This document shows, piece after piece, positions 13,410 through 26,231 of a stretch of 64,000 bases of DNA; the stretch's first letter is position 1, and each line of letters begins with the position of its first letter. Origin of the DNA: Macrostomum lignano (taxonomy: Eukaryota); the NCBI GenBank assembly GCA_002269645.1, contig NIVC01002101.1, positions 140,473-204,472 on the forward strand, in the 5' to 3' direction. The position numbers were made by a program, and so were the translations under genes. The notes beneath the pieces were generated by a model. The model ran no database searches and was not told the DNA's origin. It saw only the letters and a list, made by a program, of their open reading frames with translations.

Positions 13410-14876
13410 GTAACCAGACAAGCAGTAAAATTCGGTCACTATAGGGGCATGGTAGTACATTAGCATAGCAGAGAGAGGAATAAGAGCTAGGAATGAGTAG
13501 GGAAGATAGAGAGAGTGGGCGAGCTGGAGGAAGGCGCAGAGCCTCATGCCTTAGGAGATCTTACGGCGTAATAATTGGTTCTCCTCTGCCTTATTCTTAC
13601 CGAGCAATTCACATTGAAATGCCAGCGGTATCCCAGTCCCCCAATTGCATTTATGAGACAATAAATATCAACTGTTCTCTTCTCCACTGTGAGCTCCAGA
13701 AATTGCAGCCAACTTTGCCGTTCTGTCTGCAAATTAAAAAAAAACTAAATTGATTAGCGTCAAAATTAATCATCCAATTTGGTTTTTTGAAACAGTTTTT
13801 TTGAAATTATAATTGGTCATTATGACAGTGTTACTTATATAACATGAGTACCTTATACTCGTATAACGTAGTTTATAAAGACCGTATTTTGCTGATTTTG
13901 ATTAAAACGTTTTTTTCATATTATATGCTACTTCCAATTAGTAGAATGTACAGAGAATTTATGGTCGAAATTTTTTGGTCTTTTGAAGTTAAAATTAAAG
14001 GCTGGGAAATGGATTATACATGTAGAATAGCTTGGATTAGTGAATGAGTCATCTGGATGCAGGAATAAAGAAGAGAGAAGAAAGATAGACAAAGTAGAGG
14101 AGAGGGAATAAAGGACAGAGGTGAGAGGTGAGAGGTGAGAGGAGAAATGAGAAAAAGTGAGAGAAGGTGAGATGAGGTAGAAGAGAGGATAGAGGAGAGA
14201 GGTGAGAGGAGAGAGAAGAAAGGGGAGAGGAGAGAGGAGAGAGGAGAGGGGATTTTCTGCTATCGGTCTTACACAATAAGTCTAATCTGCTAACAATGCA
14301 GTGCATATAGCTTCAAGGTACCACTATAAGTTACCGCTGCAGTACTCGTATCAGAACGTAACAGTCGTAGCGTACAAAACTATTGCAAAATTATATGAGG
14401 TCTGGCTTGTTTAAATGCAATTTAGCAATACCTGCCTTTAAGAAACATTCTATTTGGCTGCTTTAAAGAAACCTGCACGAATATTTTAGTTCATTTCAGA
14501 TGTGCCGCATCTCCAACCCGAAGGTTCCCAGTCTGTCAATGCCAGCTGGGCTACACCACGACTGGGTACCGTGGATTCAATAGGGCTTTGTGAGATTAAA
14601 TGAATTTTTTGATGACTTTGTTTGCAGCTTTGTTCTCTTATGTCCCAAGCTTTTCATGATGATATTCCAAGTATAGAGATTCCGAAAGCGAGGTTAAATG
14701 CAACAAATACAGCTGCGATTTTTGACTCCTACTGTTCGTTTGGACAGAAAAATTGGAATTTTGAAGTGATAGAATTCTTTTTGTACCGGTGTGTCAGGAT
14801 TTAGAAGTTGCCTCAATGATTTTGAATAAAGCTTTGCAATTCGCAAAATTTGTATGTTACATCCAAGTAACTTCTA

Positions 14877-16063
14877 GTGGTCCTTGTGCTACCTACGCAC
14901 TTTACCCCACTCAAGTCTTGTAATCTTAAACAAATAGCTAACGCATTTGAAAGAATTTCATCTCGTCGCTTCTTGGGAATCACAGCATCATGCCAAGGTG
15001 AAGCGCGCGACCATCTCTTTTTTCTTCTCTCTCCACTCCATCTCTCTCCACTCCAGCCCAAATATAAACTGTACACCTATTCCAAGCTCGAACAGTTCGG
15101 CTGGGACTGCATCGAGTCCAAGTACGTTTTCAGGTTCGTTTTCATAAAAGCACGCAAGAGATGCGCAGCAGCCTGCAATTTATTCAAGACCTGCCAAGCC
15201 TTCACAACGATGGGTGGACACTGCAGACTGTTTTTGTTTGACAAGTGCAGCAAGAACGTGCGCAAGTGCAGCTGCAATCGCGCCGCCAAGCTGTACGTGA
15301 GGCGACAGCCGGGCTTGCGACCGGGCGCCTTGTGTCCGGCCGACTTTCATCATAACAGGTGCGTGCGTTTTTGCTTCGCTTAGCGCCCTGGGATGTCTTT
15401 TGGGTTGCCTGTGTGCCAGCAAGCGAGTAGGAAGTGTTGCCGCTTTGCTGACCCATTGGCCGCCCTCGGTGCTTTGTCACTCTGTGCTTTCGGGTTGGTC
15501 CTCATAAACTCGAATTCCACGAATAGCCCCAGAATAATTTCAGTTACATCGAGAATCGAACGCAGTGTCCTTGTTACGAGAGTCAAAGGTGATAACGCTT
15601 CTCTTCCCAATCCTTCGCCAGGTGTGGCGTGAAGTACAAGCTTGCTCGGCCACGCTCATGTCGCTGGGACTCGGGCTTGGCCAGCTGCAACGCGGAGCGG
15701 GGACTCACCATCATGGCCGAGCCGATCGACAGGGCCAAGTACTTTTACTTGAGGGAGCTGCATGCCAGATGGTTCAGACGGCCACGGAATTCCCCGAGCT
15801 TCTTCCTTGGAGTCAGTCAAGATCCCGGAAGCAAGGAACCGGCAGGCGGCTGGTTTTGGCACACCTGCCGGATCCCCATCGATCCCAGTCTGTGGCAGAA
15901 AGGAGAGCCCAGTAACTATGAACATACAGGCGTGGGAGAAAGTGTTGCGTGCGGTGGGGACGGATTTAAATTGCTGAACGACTGTCCGATGTCTTTGAAA
16001 ACCAAACATCGCCATGTAGATGGCACGTTTTGTGAATGCCTGTCACCATTTGACATAGAATAG
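14877..16063 (+). CDS. PAN/Apple-like domain + C-type lectin domain protein (5' end unresolved)
   Basis: Exon ending 15358 encodes CAAACNLFKTCQAF...HCRLF (PAN/Apple Cys spacing). Donor AG|gtgcgt at 15358/9 and acceptor ccag|G at 15621/2 are both phase 2. Exon 15622-16063 encodes a CTL-like fold (W..G...C, FFLG, WQKGEPSN, LNDC, FCE). No clear start or signal peptide was found. Confidence 0.7.
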
Positions 16064-16728
16064 TGATTCTCGAAGGCTCTACGCCTAGTGTGGGTTACTA
16101 AACTGAACTTTTCGTCACTTCAGTTCGGAAACGCTCTAAATTGAGAGGATATTAGTAGTTCACTTTGTCGAAACTTTTAATCCAAATATTAATTCAAGAC
16201 ATTCTTTGAATTTTAATAATCCAGACTCCAGCGATTGGAGCTGCTCCAGTTATGCGCAACTCAAATTCAGTTAATATGCAAAGTGTGCTTAGTGAAAATG
16301 ATTAATCCAATGCTAAATCTGCTGTATTTTCAAATATAGACTCGATTACTAAAGAAATAAAGATCTGTCCAGAATCAACCCTGTTTGATGCCAAACCAGA
16401 ATGCGTTCAAATACGAGCCACTTGACATAAATAAATTCTAGTGAGTATATTACGACATTTGTGAAAGAGGACACCAACAGTGACTTATTTGCCGAGTTGC
16501 AAACTTAAAAAATGCAGTATTTTCTTTACGTTTTCTTGCAATGGTTACTCTCTGAGTAGGGTGTGTTAGACGCACCGGGTGTTGCCGCTGTACATGCATC
16601 TGTACTCTGTCGGGGGTTCAGGTGTGGGGGCAGGTGTGGGGGTGTTGGCTGTGCCGGCCAGCTTAAAGTCTCTACACCCGGCCCGGCTTGTCTCCGCCGC
16701 CATTTCTCAACTTTTGCTCAGCCACCGT

Positions 16729-17529
16729 CATGAGTACCAGCCCAAAGCGACTCAACGTGCGCCAACTCAAGGCTGAGCTGCAAAACAGAGGCCACACTGC
16801 AGGCCGCAAAAAACAGCACACCAAGCGCTTGTCCACTGCACTCGGCTCAGAGCAAGCTGACGAAGACTTCAACGACTCCGAGATACTTCTTCTGCTCCGG
16901 AAGCCGAGGACGGCATCAGCTGCGCGGGCGAGGCGCCTCCGGGGGCGGGGAGCGACCGGCTGGCGGCGCTGCAGCAGGATGTGGCGCTGCTCGAACTGCA
17001 AGGCCGTCGTCGGGATCTTCAGCAACAGCTTCGCACTCAGCAGCGCTTGACGGCTCAGTCCCGCCAGCATCATCATCAGGTGAGCAAAAATTCACATGCC
17101 GGTCTGCAGTTGCACGAGGTTTTTGAATCTAGGATAAGGGAGGCGGCTCAGCTTCATGCCGCTAATTGTCAGGCTCCGACTTGCAAGTTGCATCTCGTCA
17201 GAGACCACATCGAGCTATCCAGAGGACCCGGCCCAGCCAGTCAGGAGCAGTTGGTCGCCACTATGGAGAATGGCTCCCTCACATTCAGAAAGCAGGAGCT
17301 CGTGATCTGCCCGCTTGAGTTCGCGTTCTCTACTACTCGCATCCTTTTGCAGGTCGACCTCGCCCTCCGGAGACGCCGCCCGTCCCTCGGCTGCGTCCGC
17401 CGGACACCTGTGCCCGCCTCGACCTGGCGGAGAACTCCTGGCGATCCTACCTCAGCCAGCTGCGTTCCTGGGAAGCCTTCGGCGTCAGCACAGGCCGCCC
17501 TTCATTTTCTAGCAGTTCAAAATCATTGA
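16729..17529 (+). pseudogene. Frameshifted ORF with N-terminal SAP-like motif and coiled coil, probably a retroelement gag/ORF1-like remnant
   Basis: LNVRQLKAELQNRGHTAGRKKQHTKRL resembles a SAP motif. A coiled-coil segment (ALLELQGRRRDLQQQL) follows in another frame. The element assignment is inference. Confidence 0.35.
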
Positions 17530-17619
17530 TCATTGTGGGACTCACTTTAGGCTCGATATACTCAATTCCATGTACATTAAAAACCAGAAACCAAATCTGA
17601 ATCTCACATTTGCTCTCTA

Positions 17620-18066
17620 TTTGCTTCCCAAGACAATATACACTCGTGACTGGGCGGTTCTTCACACCCAGCCTCTCTTCCCCAACACAATGTACACCCG
17701 TGACTGGGCGATTCTTCACACCCCAGCCTCTCTTCCCCAAGACAATGTACACTCGTGACTAACTGGTTGTTCACACCCCAGCCTCTCTTCCCCAAGACGA
17801 TGTACACTCGTGACTGGGCGGTTTTTCACACCCCAGACTCTCTTCCCCAACACAATGTACACTAGTGACTAACTGGCTGTTCGCACCCCAGACTCTCTTC
17901 CCCAAGACAATGTACACTCGTGACTAACTGGTTGTTCACACCTCAGCCTCTCTTCCCCAAGACAATGTACACTCGTGACTGGGCGGTTCCTCACACGCTA
18001 GACTCTCTTCCCCAAGACAATGTACACTCGTGACTGGGCGGTTCTTCACACCCCAGACTCTTTTCC
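17620..18066. repeat. Tandem repeat, ~55-58 bp unit (ccagcctctcttccccaagacaatgtacactcgtgactgggcggttcttcacacc), ~8 copies
   Basis: Units read directly. Confidence 0.95.
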
Positions 18067-18295
18067 ACAAAAATGCAATTGTAGCAGTCCTAAGCCTGCC
18101 GAAACGAGGGTGAAAGCAACGATGTCTGCCCGCCTGCAAAAGTTGTCTATGGCCCCAAGTGGGCACAAAGAAACTATGTGTATATTTTGAGCTAATATTA
18201 GCATTAACATGAGATATTAACATTAACATGAGATAAACATTAGATAAATAGTCCATTGACAAGTCTCGATTTCTCACGCGGTATACCTTCTGACC

Positions 18296-18763
18296 TTAGT
18301 TTGATTGATTAAAGTTAAACTGAACGAAGAACAGGCGTAGATAGGAGTTGAGATACCTCACTGGCATATTCTCGATGTGGTCAGGTAAATTATCCGCGCG
18401 TAGAAACTCTTTTAGTTTGCGAATATGCAATTCAGTTTGCTTAACTGTCGACTTCCGTTTACTTTCTTGCTCCACATGATGTAGGCCAGCTTCTTCTTCT
18501 TCGGTCAATTAACGAAACAGGTTTCCAACGTGATCTTCCGGCGTAGGATTGCGTAGTTCCTCATCAATTAGCCTCTCTTGCTCATCCGTCAGCCCTGTCC
18601 ATTGACCGATTCTGTCGACATGGTCCCGAGGATCAAGATGCGTGATGAAATCGAGCTCATCTGAGCTCAATCTACTAATTTCGTCTTCGCGTATTGAAGA
18701 ATAACGCAGCATATTCGACAAACAGTAAAGGAAAAAAACACGATGGATTTTTCTTTCTAACAT
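18296..18763 (-). pseudogene. Truncated Crypton/DUF3504 (KCTD1/QRICH1/ZMYM-type) tyrosine-recombinase N-terminal fragment
   Basis: Two same-frame ORFs are separated by a single TAA (18509-18511). STVKQTELHIRKLKEFL...IENMPVRYLNSYLRLFFV resembles the core-binding region preceding DUF3504. The catalytic domain is absent. Confidence 0.55.
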
Positions 18764-18872
18764 GACTTAATATGACTATTGATGCACAATATACTTTCCG
18801 CGGATGCACCCGCGGACAGCAAGCTGCTTGCTGTCTGCTGGGGGATGCTTGCTAAAGAGTTACCTAATTAAT

Positions 18873-18944
18873 GTGGCTGCACTTGGAATCGAGCCTGGGT
18901 CGCGGCACACAAGAGCAGCTGCGCTACCGCTGGGCTACGGCCCC
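18873..18944 (-). mobile_element. Degenerate tRNA-like sequence (pseudo-tRNA or SINE head)
   Basis: Reverse complement has A-box TAGCCCAGCGG and near-B-box GGCTCGATTCC at tRNA spacing. The acceptor stem pairs poorly. Confidence 0.55.
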
Positions 18945-19226
18945 CCCCCCACCACACAACGTTGCATGCGCACTCAGTGTCGTGTCAGCATTATTATTTT
19001 AATGATCCTTTCTATACACTTTTTTGTATCCAATTTCCTCAGGTCATGCAAACCTAAAATCGATTAATTTTCATTTCCTCATCTTGCTTGACCTGTAATA
19101 ATAATACGGTAATAATTTAAGAGTAGGTTGGGTAGAGCGTAGTAGTAGGTTGAGTAGAGTGTTGGAGTAGGTTGGGTAGAGTGAAGGAGTAGAATGGGTA
19201 GAGTTAAGGAGTAGAATGGGTAGAGT

Positions 19227-20607
19227 GAAGGAGTAGGGTGGGTAGAGTAGAGAGCGGATTCTGAACGGGATAAGAGGAGGCGGTATAAAGGTCGTGTCAA
19301 CATATTGTGCACCACGTGTCATTTTCTATTTTTGCTTTTGATATAAATAAATCTAGTGAAAATGCTCGTATTTACGCTCGCACGCTCGCAATGTTGTTTT
19401 ATTGTGCACAAAACATGGAGCTTTGTTTTTTAATCATTTTTTACTTTAGGCTGGAGCGGAGATAAGCGGAGGTGGATCGTTGGTGGCTAGATGGGCAGTT
19501 GGGTGGCTAGGTGGGGAGTTGTGTGGCTAGGTGGGGAGTTGGGTGGCTAGATGGGCAGTTGGGTGGCTAGGTGGGGAGTTGGGTGGCTAGGTGGGCAGTT
19601 GGGTGGCTAGGTGGGCAGTTGGGTGGCTAGGTGGGGAGTTGGGTGGCTAGGTGGGCAGTTGGGTGGCTAGGTGGGGAGTTGTGTGGCTAGGTGGGGAGTT
19701 GGGTGGCTAGGTGGGCAGTTGGGTGGCTAGGTGGGGAGTTGGGTGGCTAGGTGGGCAGTTGGGTGGCTAGGTGGGGAGTTGGGTGGCTAGGTGGGCAGTT
19801 GGGTGGCTAGATGGGCAGTTGGGTGGCTAGGTGGGGAGTTGGGTGGCTAGGTGGGCAGTTGGGTGGCTAGATGGGGAGTTGGGTGGCTAGGTGGGCAGTT
19901 GGGTGGCTAGGTGGGGAGTTGGGTGGCTAGGCGGGGAGTTGTGTGGCTAGGTGGGGAGTTGACTAGATGTTGGCTAGTTTTTTATTTTTTGTGGGATAAT
20001 CATTTCTGTTCACAAAATGATTCCAGGGCTGTCTATTGTCGCGCCAGTCTGCTACTGAGCTGGCAGAAGTTGAGTGGTGCCCCTTGCACCATTTAAGCTG
20101 CTGCCAAAATTTGCTGGCCAATACGTGCCGTAGGAAACATTGTCCAAGAGACAATGATTTCTACGCAATCTGCAATAGGCAAGGCTGCTTTTGGGGGCAA
20201 AATTCATGGTGCGAGGGGCCAGTTGTGCCAGCTCCAGCGCCAGCTCCCCGCTGTTCCGCTGGCAAGGTGCCGAGCCTTGCCACGCTGGCCAGTCTGGCAA
20301 CACGCAGCAGCGGCCCGCCGCCACTGCACTTGTGCAGTTGTGGTTTGGGAAAGGTCTTGGTCACTGACCTGTAAAAACGTGATCCCTTCTGAACGTTAAA
20401 ACGGCCCTTTTCAGGGCCACCAAATTCGCGATTCTTGCGTTTAGTCAACTCTTTTAACTCCGCCATTGCCGGTCCCCAGCCCGGATGAAAAAGGAGGAGG
20501 GAAAGAAAATATACACATGCTCACGTTCGTGTCACTGTTTTTCTGTTTTCTGTTTTGATAAAACTGTCTTGCCATTTTCCACTTGAAATGTTTCATTATG
20601 CTTTTTG
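19227..20607 (-). repeat. Left arm of an inverted duplication (partner 32173-33994); contains a 20 bp G-rich minisatellite at ~19490-19960
   Basis: Reverse-complement identity checked at both ends; matching ORFs on opposite strands (e.g. MAELKELTKRKNREF at 20466- and 32314+). Confidence 0.95.
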
Positions 20608-21409
20608 GACTTCTTCAAGTTTATGCTGATAAAATAGTTGCAATTTTGATAGGATCATAATTTTGTCTCTATAGGGGTTTTTGATGGTGCTGATTTCAAA
20701 TTTGAGATCCATTTTTGGTAGCTTTAACCCAATTATATGTAGCTTAAAACCAACCACCGGGGCATGGGGAATGGGGGTTTTAGGGTGGGGAGATTCTTCA
20801 TGGGGATTGATTTTATCAACATAAACTTGAATAGAGGCATGGAGACCTATTCAAGATTGTGTTGATTTATTCCCATCCTAATAGCTAAATCACCTAGACC
20901 GACAGGTGCGGGCTCGATTGTTTCAGCACCCATGCCTTCTGGGCCTGCCTGAAGATAATCCTCCACCTTCATATTGGTCCTGTTGCTGCTGCTGCAAAGT
21001 TTGGATTTGGATTTGAATTTGGCTAACCGAATTCACACAGAAGTTCGAAGCTCGCAGGCTAATCACGAAGGATAATCCATATCTTAGCCTTCGTGATAAG
21101 ATATTCATTGGTTTAATAAGCAGCTTCGGCTACTACAAGTAGCAATAACGAAACCTACTAGTACTCACAAAACACAAAACATTTTTCAGCCTCCATTTTA
21201 CGCCTCTATTTTTTAAACTAAACTAGAAAGTAATTGTATAACACAGATAGACACACATTTCGGCAGCCAGAGTCAAAATAAAGTAAAATTCAACATCGCA
21301 CTTGGAGCAAAACTTATTATTTATTATTATTGACAATTTCTGGGTGCTGATTTTTTTATTTTTCAATAAATGGTTCACGAAAACATTTAGGACTGCCGAG
21401 AAAAAAATT

Positions 21410-21835
21410 GGACTACCGATCCAATACTGGAGTCTTTACAGTAGAAACTCCAATACTGGAGTTTCGATTTTGCAACAGCAAAAAGTGCAAATAACTTTTC
21501 TGGACGACCTTCTGGCGCGCTGGGACCGGCGCCATATTCGACTCGGGTTGCCGAAATCTATAAGAACATGTTGTTCGCATAGCGTGAAAACCACTCTGCA
21601 AAATGCCAAATTGCCGACTGCAAATTGTAATCCAGGTCCACTTCTCAAATTCACGCCAGACCAAGCTGCTCATGGTAAAGATTCTGCAAGTAGTCAGGTG
21701 CTCCCGCAACCTCCAACTAATCAAAACTACCCGAGCCGCTGAGCAGTTTAGCATTGCACTGAGAGCTAAACTGGACTACCGATCTAATACTGGAGTCCTT
21801 ACAGTAGAAACTCCAATACTGGAGTCGTATTGGAG
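21410..21835. repeat. Cluster of palindromic CTCCA-N4-TGGAG motifs, MITE-like; related to 27395-27700
   Basis: ctccaatactggag occurs repeatedly. The downstream aaaagtgcaaataact...gaccttctggcgc.ctgggaccggcgcca block is shared with 27600-27670. Confidence 0.7.
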
Positions 21836-22649
21836 ATTAATGTAGAAGTATGTACTGCGTACATATACAATTTGGGATAGACATGTACAGCTACAATTTG
21901 GGATTAATGTACATATACGAGTACATGAGTTATTGTACATGGGATTAATGTACATATACGATGTGAGCTATACATAATTAGATGACTCATTTGGTAGTAG
22001 ATGAGATTGTAGTACACTAATTCTCGCCCCTGCGTACAACTGTACATGTAAGTATTGTTTTGAGTTGTACATGTAATCTTGGTACGCGTGCGGGCCGGCT
22101 GGGGAGGACACTGTTACATGTAGAAGTAGATTAATGTAGATCACCAGGGCCGGAATCATGGCCAGATCATGGATGATCCATGCATTGCACCCATCCATGC
22201 ATCATCCCTGATCATGTATGGACCGATCCTTGTTCATAGATGGTTTCATGCTCATTCCATGGATGGCAGAATAGCCATACATGATCATCGATGTATTACT
22301 TTCCATACATGGACATGTATGATTGTTAATTCTGGCTGTATATACTACTCGTTAAGGCACATTTGAGTTTTAAAGAAATAACTCAAAGAACTATAGCTCA
22401 AACTAGCCATTTAGCCCCTTCCGGGTGGCTTCTTAGCAGTTTAGGGCTTGTCTATAAGCAGTTTTGCACAGTCGCTGAGCAAGTCTCACTAATCTCCGAG
22501 CAGTTCTGCAGTAGCAAATTTCTAAGCAGTTTCACACCAATTTTACTGAGACTAAAAAGTTCTAAAAAGTTACATTTCTTAATGTTTGAAACTGCAATTT
22601 CAATTCATTTATAGTTCTTTTATGATTATTAGTTATTTTTAAATCCTCA

Positions 22650-23015
22650 CCAGATTAGCACTATTCTCCCACATTAGCCCTACACCCCCAGATTAGCCCC
22701 ACTTCCCCCAGATTAGCACTACTCCCCCCATATTAGCCGCACACCCCCAGATTAGCCCCACTCTCCCCAGATTAGCACTCAGCCCAGATTAGCACTCAGC
22801 CCAGATTAGCACTCAGCCCAGATTAGCACTCAGCCCAGATTAGCACTCAGCCCAGATTAGCACTCAGCCCAGATTAGCACTCAGCCCAGATTAGCACTCA
22901 GCCCAGATTAGCACTCAGCCCAGATTAGCACTCAGCCCAGATTAGCACTCAGCCTAGATTAGCACTCAGCCCAGATTAGCACTCAGCCCAGATTAGCACT
23001 CAGCCTAGATTAGTG
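22650..23015. repeat. 17 bp minisatellite (cagcccagattagcact) preceded by longer variant units
   Basis: Units read directly. Confidence 0.95.
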
Positions 23016-23346
23016 TATGCCTTAGGTATTGCCTACAAGCTCTATGAAAGTATGAAGTTGCTAAGCTGCTAAATTTAATAAGACTGAATTGGGATAAAAC
23101 TGCCGATATGTATAAAAAATTGATTAGTGAACTGTAATAAATGCTGAGAAAAAAAAGATTCTTGAAAGGATCCTTTATTTCAGTTTGCTAAATATACTGA
23201 GGAGCCCGCCGAGAGGAGAACTGCAGACTGCTGAGGGGAACTGCAGATTGGCGAAAGGATCATTCATGCAGACTGCAAAGGGACAAACTGAAAACTGCTT
23301 AGGTAGTTCTTTCAGACTTAATTAAGTTCTAGGCTGCTGAGGATAG

Positions 23347-23451
23347 TGGCGCCGCCGCGTCATCAACTGCCGCACCATTACGCCGCTGGCTCTGCGGTCC
23401 GACCATCGGCTGCTCATCTGCGACCTTCGGCTTCGGGACCCGCTCTACCAA
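23347..23451 (+). mobile_element. Non-LTR retrotransposon apurinic-endonuclease C-terminal fragment
   Basis: Translates as WRRRVINCRTITPLALRSDHRLLICDLRLR; SDHR is the terminal catalytic motif of the APE domain. Confidence 0.65.
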
Positions 23452-26231
23452 GGCAATGAAGCTTCAGGGCAGGCGGCAGCGGAGATTAAGGAATAGGCAG
23501 CGGAGCTTCAGGGCAGGCGGCGGAGCTTCAGGGCAGGCAATGAAGCTTCAGGGCAGGCAGCGGAGATTAAGGAATAGGCAGCGGAGCTTCAGGGCAGGCA
23601 ATGAAGCTTCAGGGCAGGTGGCAGCGGAGATTTAGGAATAGGCAGCGGAGCTTCAGGGCAGGCGGCGGAGCTTCAGGGCAGGCAATGAAGCTTCAGGGCA
23701 GGCAGCGGAGATTAAGGAATAGGCAGCGGAGCTTCAGGGCAGGCGGTGGAGCTTCAGGGCAGGCGGCGAAGATTAAGGAATAGACAGTGGAGCTTTAAAA
23801 AAGGCGGCGGAGCTTCAGGGCAGGCGGCGGAGATTAAGGAATAGGCAGCGGAGCTTCAAGGCAGGCGGCGGAGCTTCAGGCCAGGCAGCGGAGCTTCAGG
23901 GCAGGCAGCGGAGCTTCAGGGCAGGCGGCGGAGATTAAGGAATAGGCAGCGGAGCTTCAAGGCAGGCGGCGGAGCTTCAGGGCAGGCAGCGGAGCTTCAG
24001 GGCAGGCGGCGGAGCTTTAGGGCAGACATAGGAGCTTCAGGGCAGGCGGCGGAGCGTTAGGGCAGGTGACGTAGCTTCAGGGCAGGCGGCGGAGATTAAG
24101 GAATAGGCAGCGGAGCTTCAGGGCAGGCGGCGGAGATGAGCTTCAGGGCAGGCGGCGGAGCGTTAGGGCAGGTGACGTAGCTTTAGGGCAGGCGGCGGAG
24201 ATTAAGGAATAGGCAGCGGAGCTTCAGGGCAGGCGGCGGAGATTAAGGAATAGGCAGCGGAGCTTCAGGGCAGGCGGCGGAGCTTCAGGGCAGACATAGG
24301 AGCTTCAGGGCAGCCAGCTGAGCTTTAGGGCAGGCGGCGGAGATTAGAGAATAGGCAGCGGAGTTTCAGGGCAGGCGACGGAGCTTCAGGGCAGGCGGCG
24401 GAGCTTTAAGGCAGACATAGGAGCTTCAGGGCAGGCGGCGGAGCGTTAGGGCAGGTGACGTAGCTTCAGGGCAGGCGGCGGAGATTAAGGAATAGGCAGC
24501 GGAGCTTCAGGGCAAGCGGCGGAGATTAAGGAATAGGCAGCGGAGCTTCAGGGCAGGCGACGAAGCTTCAGGGCAGGCGGCGGAGCTTCAGGGCAGGCAA
24601 TGGAGCTTCAGGGCAGGCGGCGGAGATTAAGAAATAGGCAGCGGAGCTTTAGGGCAGGCGGCGGATTTTCAGGGCAGGCGACGTAGCTTCAGGGCAGGCG
24701 GCGGAGATTAAGGAATAGGCAGCTGAGCTTCAGGGCAGGCGGCGGAGATTAAGGAATAGGCAGCTGAGCTTCAGGGCAGGCGGCGGAGATTAAGGAATAG
24801 GCAGCGGAGCTTCAAGGCAGGCGGCGGAGCTTCAGGGCAGGCAATGGAGCTTCAGGGCAGGCAGCGGAGATTAAGGAATAGGCAGCGGAGCTTCAGGGCA
24901 GGCGGCGGAGCTTCAGGGCAGACATAGGAGCTTCAGGGCAGGCAGCGGAGCTTTAGGGCAGGTGACGTAGCTTCAGGGCAGGCGGCGGAGATTAAGGAAT
25001 AGGCAGCGGAGCTTCAGGGCAGGCGACGAAGCTTCAGGGCAGGCGGCGGAGCTTCAGGGCAGGCAATGAAGCTTCAGGGCAGGCAGCGGAGATTAAGGAA
25101 TAGGCAGCGGAGCTTCAGGGCAGGCGGCGGAGCTTCAGGGCAGGCAATGGAGCTTCAGGGCAGGCGGCGGAGATTAAGTAATAGGCAGCGGAGCTTCAGG
25201 GCAGGCGGCGGAGCTTCAGGGCAGGCGGCGAAGATTAAGGAAGAGGCAGCGGAGCTTCAGGGCAGGCGGCGGAGATTAAGGAATAGGCAGCGGAGCTTCA
25301 AGGCAGGCGGCGGAGCTTCAGGACAGGCAGCGGAGCTTCAGGGCAGGCGGCGGAGCTTTAGGGCAGACATAGGAGCTTCAGGGCAGGCGGCGGAGCGTTA
25401 GGGCAGGTGACGTAGCTTCAGGGCAGGCGGCGGGGATTAAGGAATAGGCAGCGGAGCTTCAGGGCAGGCGGCAGAGATTAAGGAATAGGCAGCGGAGCTT
25501 CAGGGCAGGCGGCGGAGATTAAGGAATAGGCAGCGGAGCTTCAGGGCAGGCAATGAAGCTTCAGGGCAGGCAGCGGAGATTAAGGAATAGGCAGCGGAGC
25601 TTCAGGGCAGGCGGCGGAGCTTCAGGGCAGGCGGCGAAGATTAAGGAATAGACAGTGGAGCTTTAAAAAAGGCGGCGGAGCTTCAGGGCAGGCGGCGGAG
25701 CTTCAGGGCAGGCGGCGGAGATTAAGGAATAGGCAGCGGAGCTTCAAGGCAGGCGGCGGAGCTTCAGGCCAGGCAGCGGAGCTTCAGGGCAGGCAGCGGA
25801 GCTTCAGGGCAGGCGGCGGAGATTAAGGAATAGGCAGCGGAGCTTCAAGGCAGGCGGCGGAGCTTCAGGGCAGGCAGCGGAGCTTCAGGGCAGGCGGCGG
25901 AGCTTTAGGGCAGACATAGGAGCTTCAGGGCAGGCGGCGGAGCGTTAGGGCAGGTGACGTAGCTTCAGGGCAGGCGGCGGAGATTAAGGAATAGGCAGCG
26001 GAGCTTCAGGGCAGGCGGCGGAGATTAAGGAATAGGCAGCGGAGCTTCAGGGCAGGCGACGAAGCTTCAGGGCAGGCGGCGGAGCTTCAGGGCAGGCAAT
26101 GAAGCTTCAGGGCAGGCAGCGGAGATTAAGGAATAGGCAGCGGAGCTTCAGGGCAGGCGGCGGAGCTTCAGGGCAGGCGGCGAAGATTAAGGAATAGACA
26201 GTGGAGCTTTAAAAAAGGCGGCGGAGCTTCA
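23452..26231. repeat. Complex 21 bp-based minisatellite (ggagcttcagggcaggcggc / ggagattaaggaataggcagc) with higher-order blocks
   Basis: Tandem units; the diagnostic variant gacagtggagctttaaaaaagg recurs near 23780, 25650 and 26195. Confidence 0.97.

Noticed and set aside
12420-13547. ACMS/CLYQ/VCLS repeat ORFs resembling Cys-rich proteins
   Set aside because: They come from the 12 bp and GACA repeats.
18873-18944. Functional tRNA gene
   Set aside because: The acceptor stem does not pair and the B-box is mutated; kept only as pseudo-tRNA/SINE head.
20161-20466. ORF MAELKELTKRKNREF... also present at 32314-32685
   Set aside because: Identity reflects the recent inverted duplication; frames diverge after an indel and no domain is recognisable.
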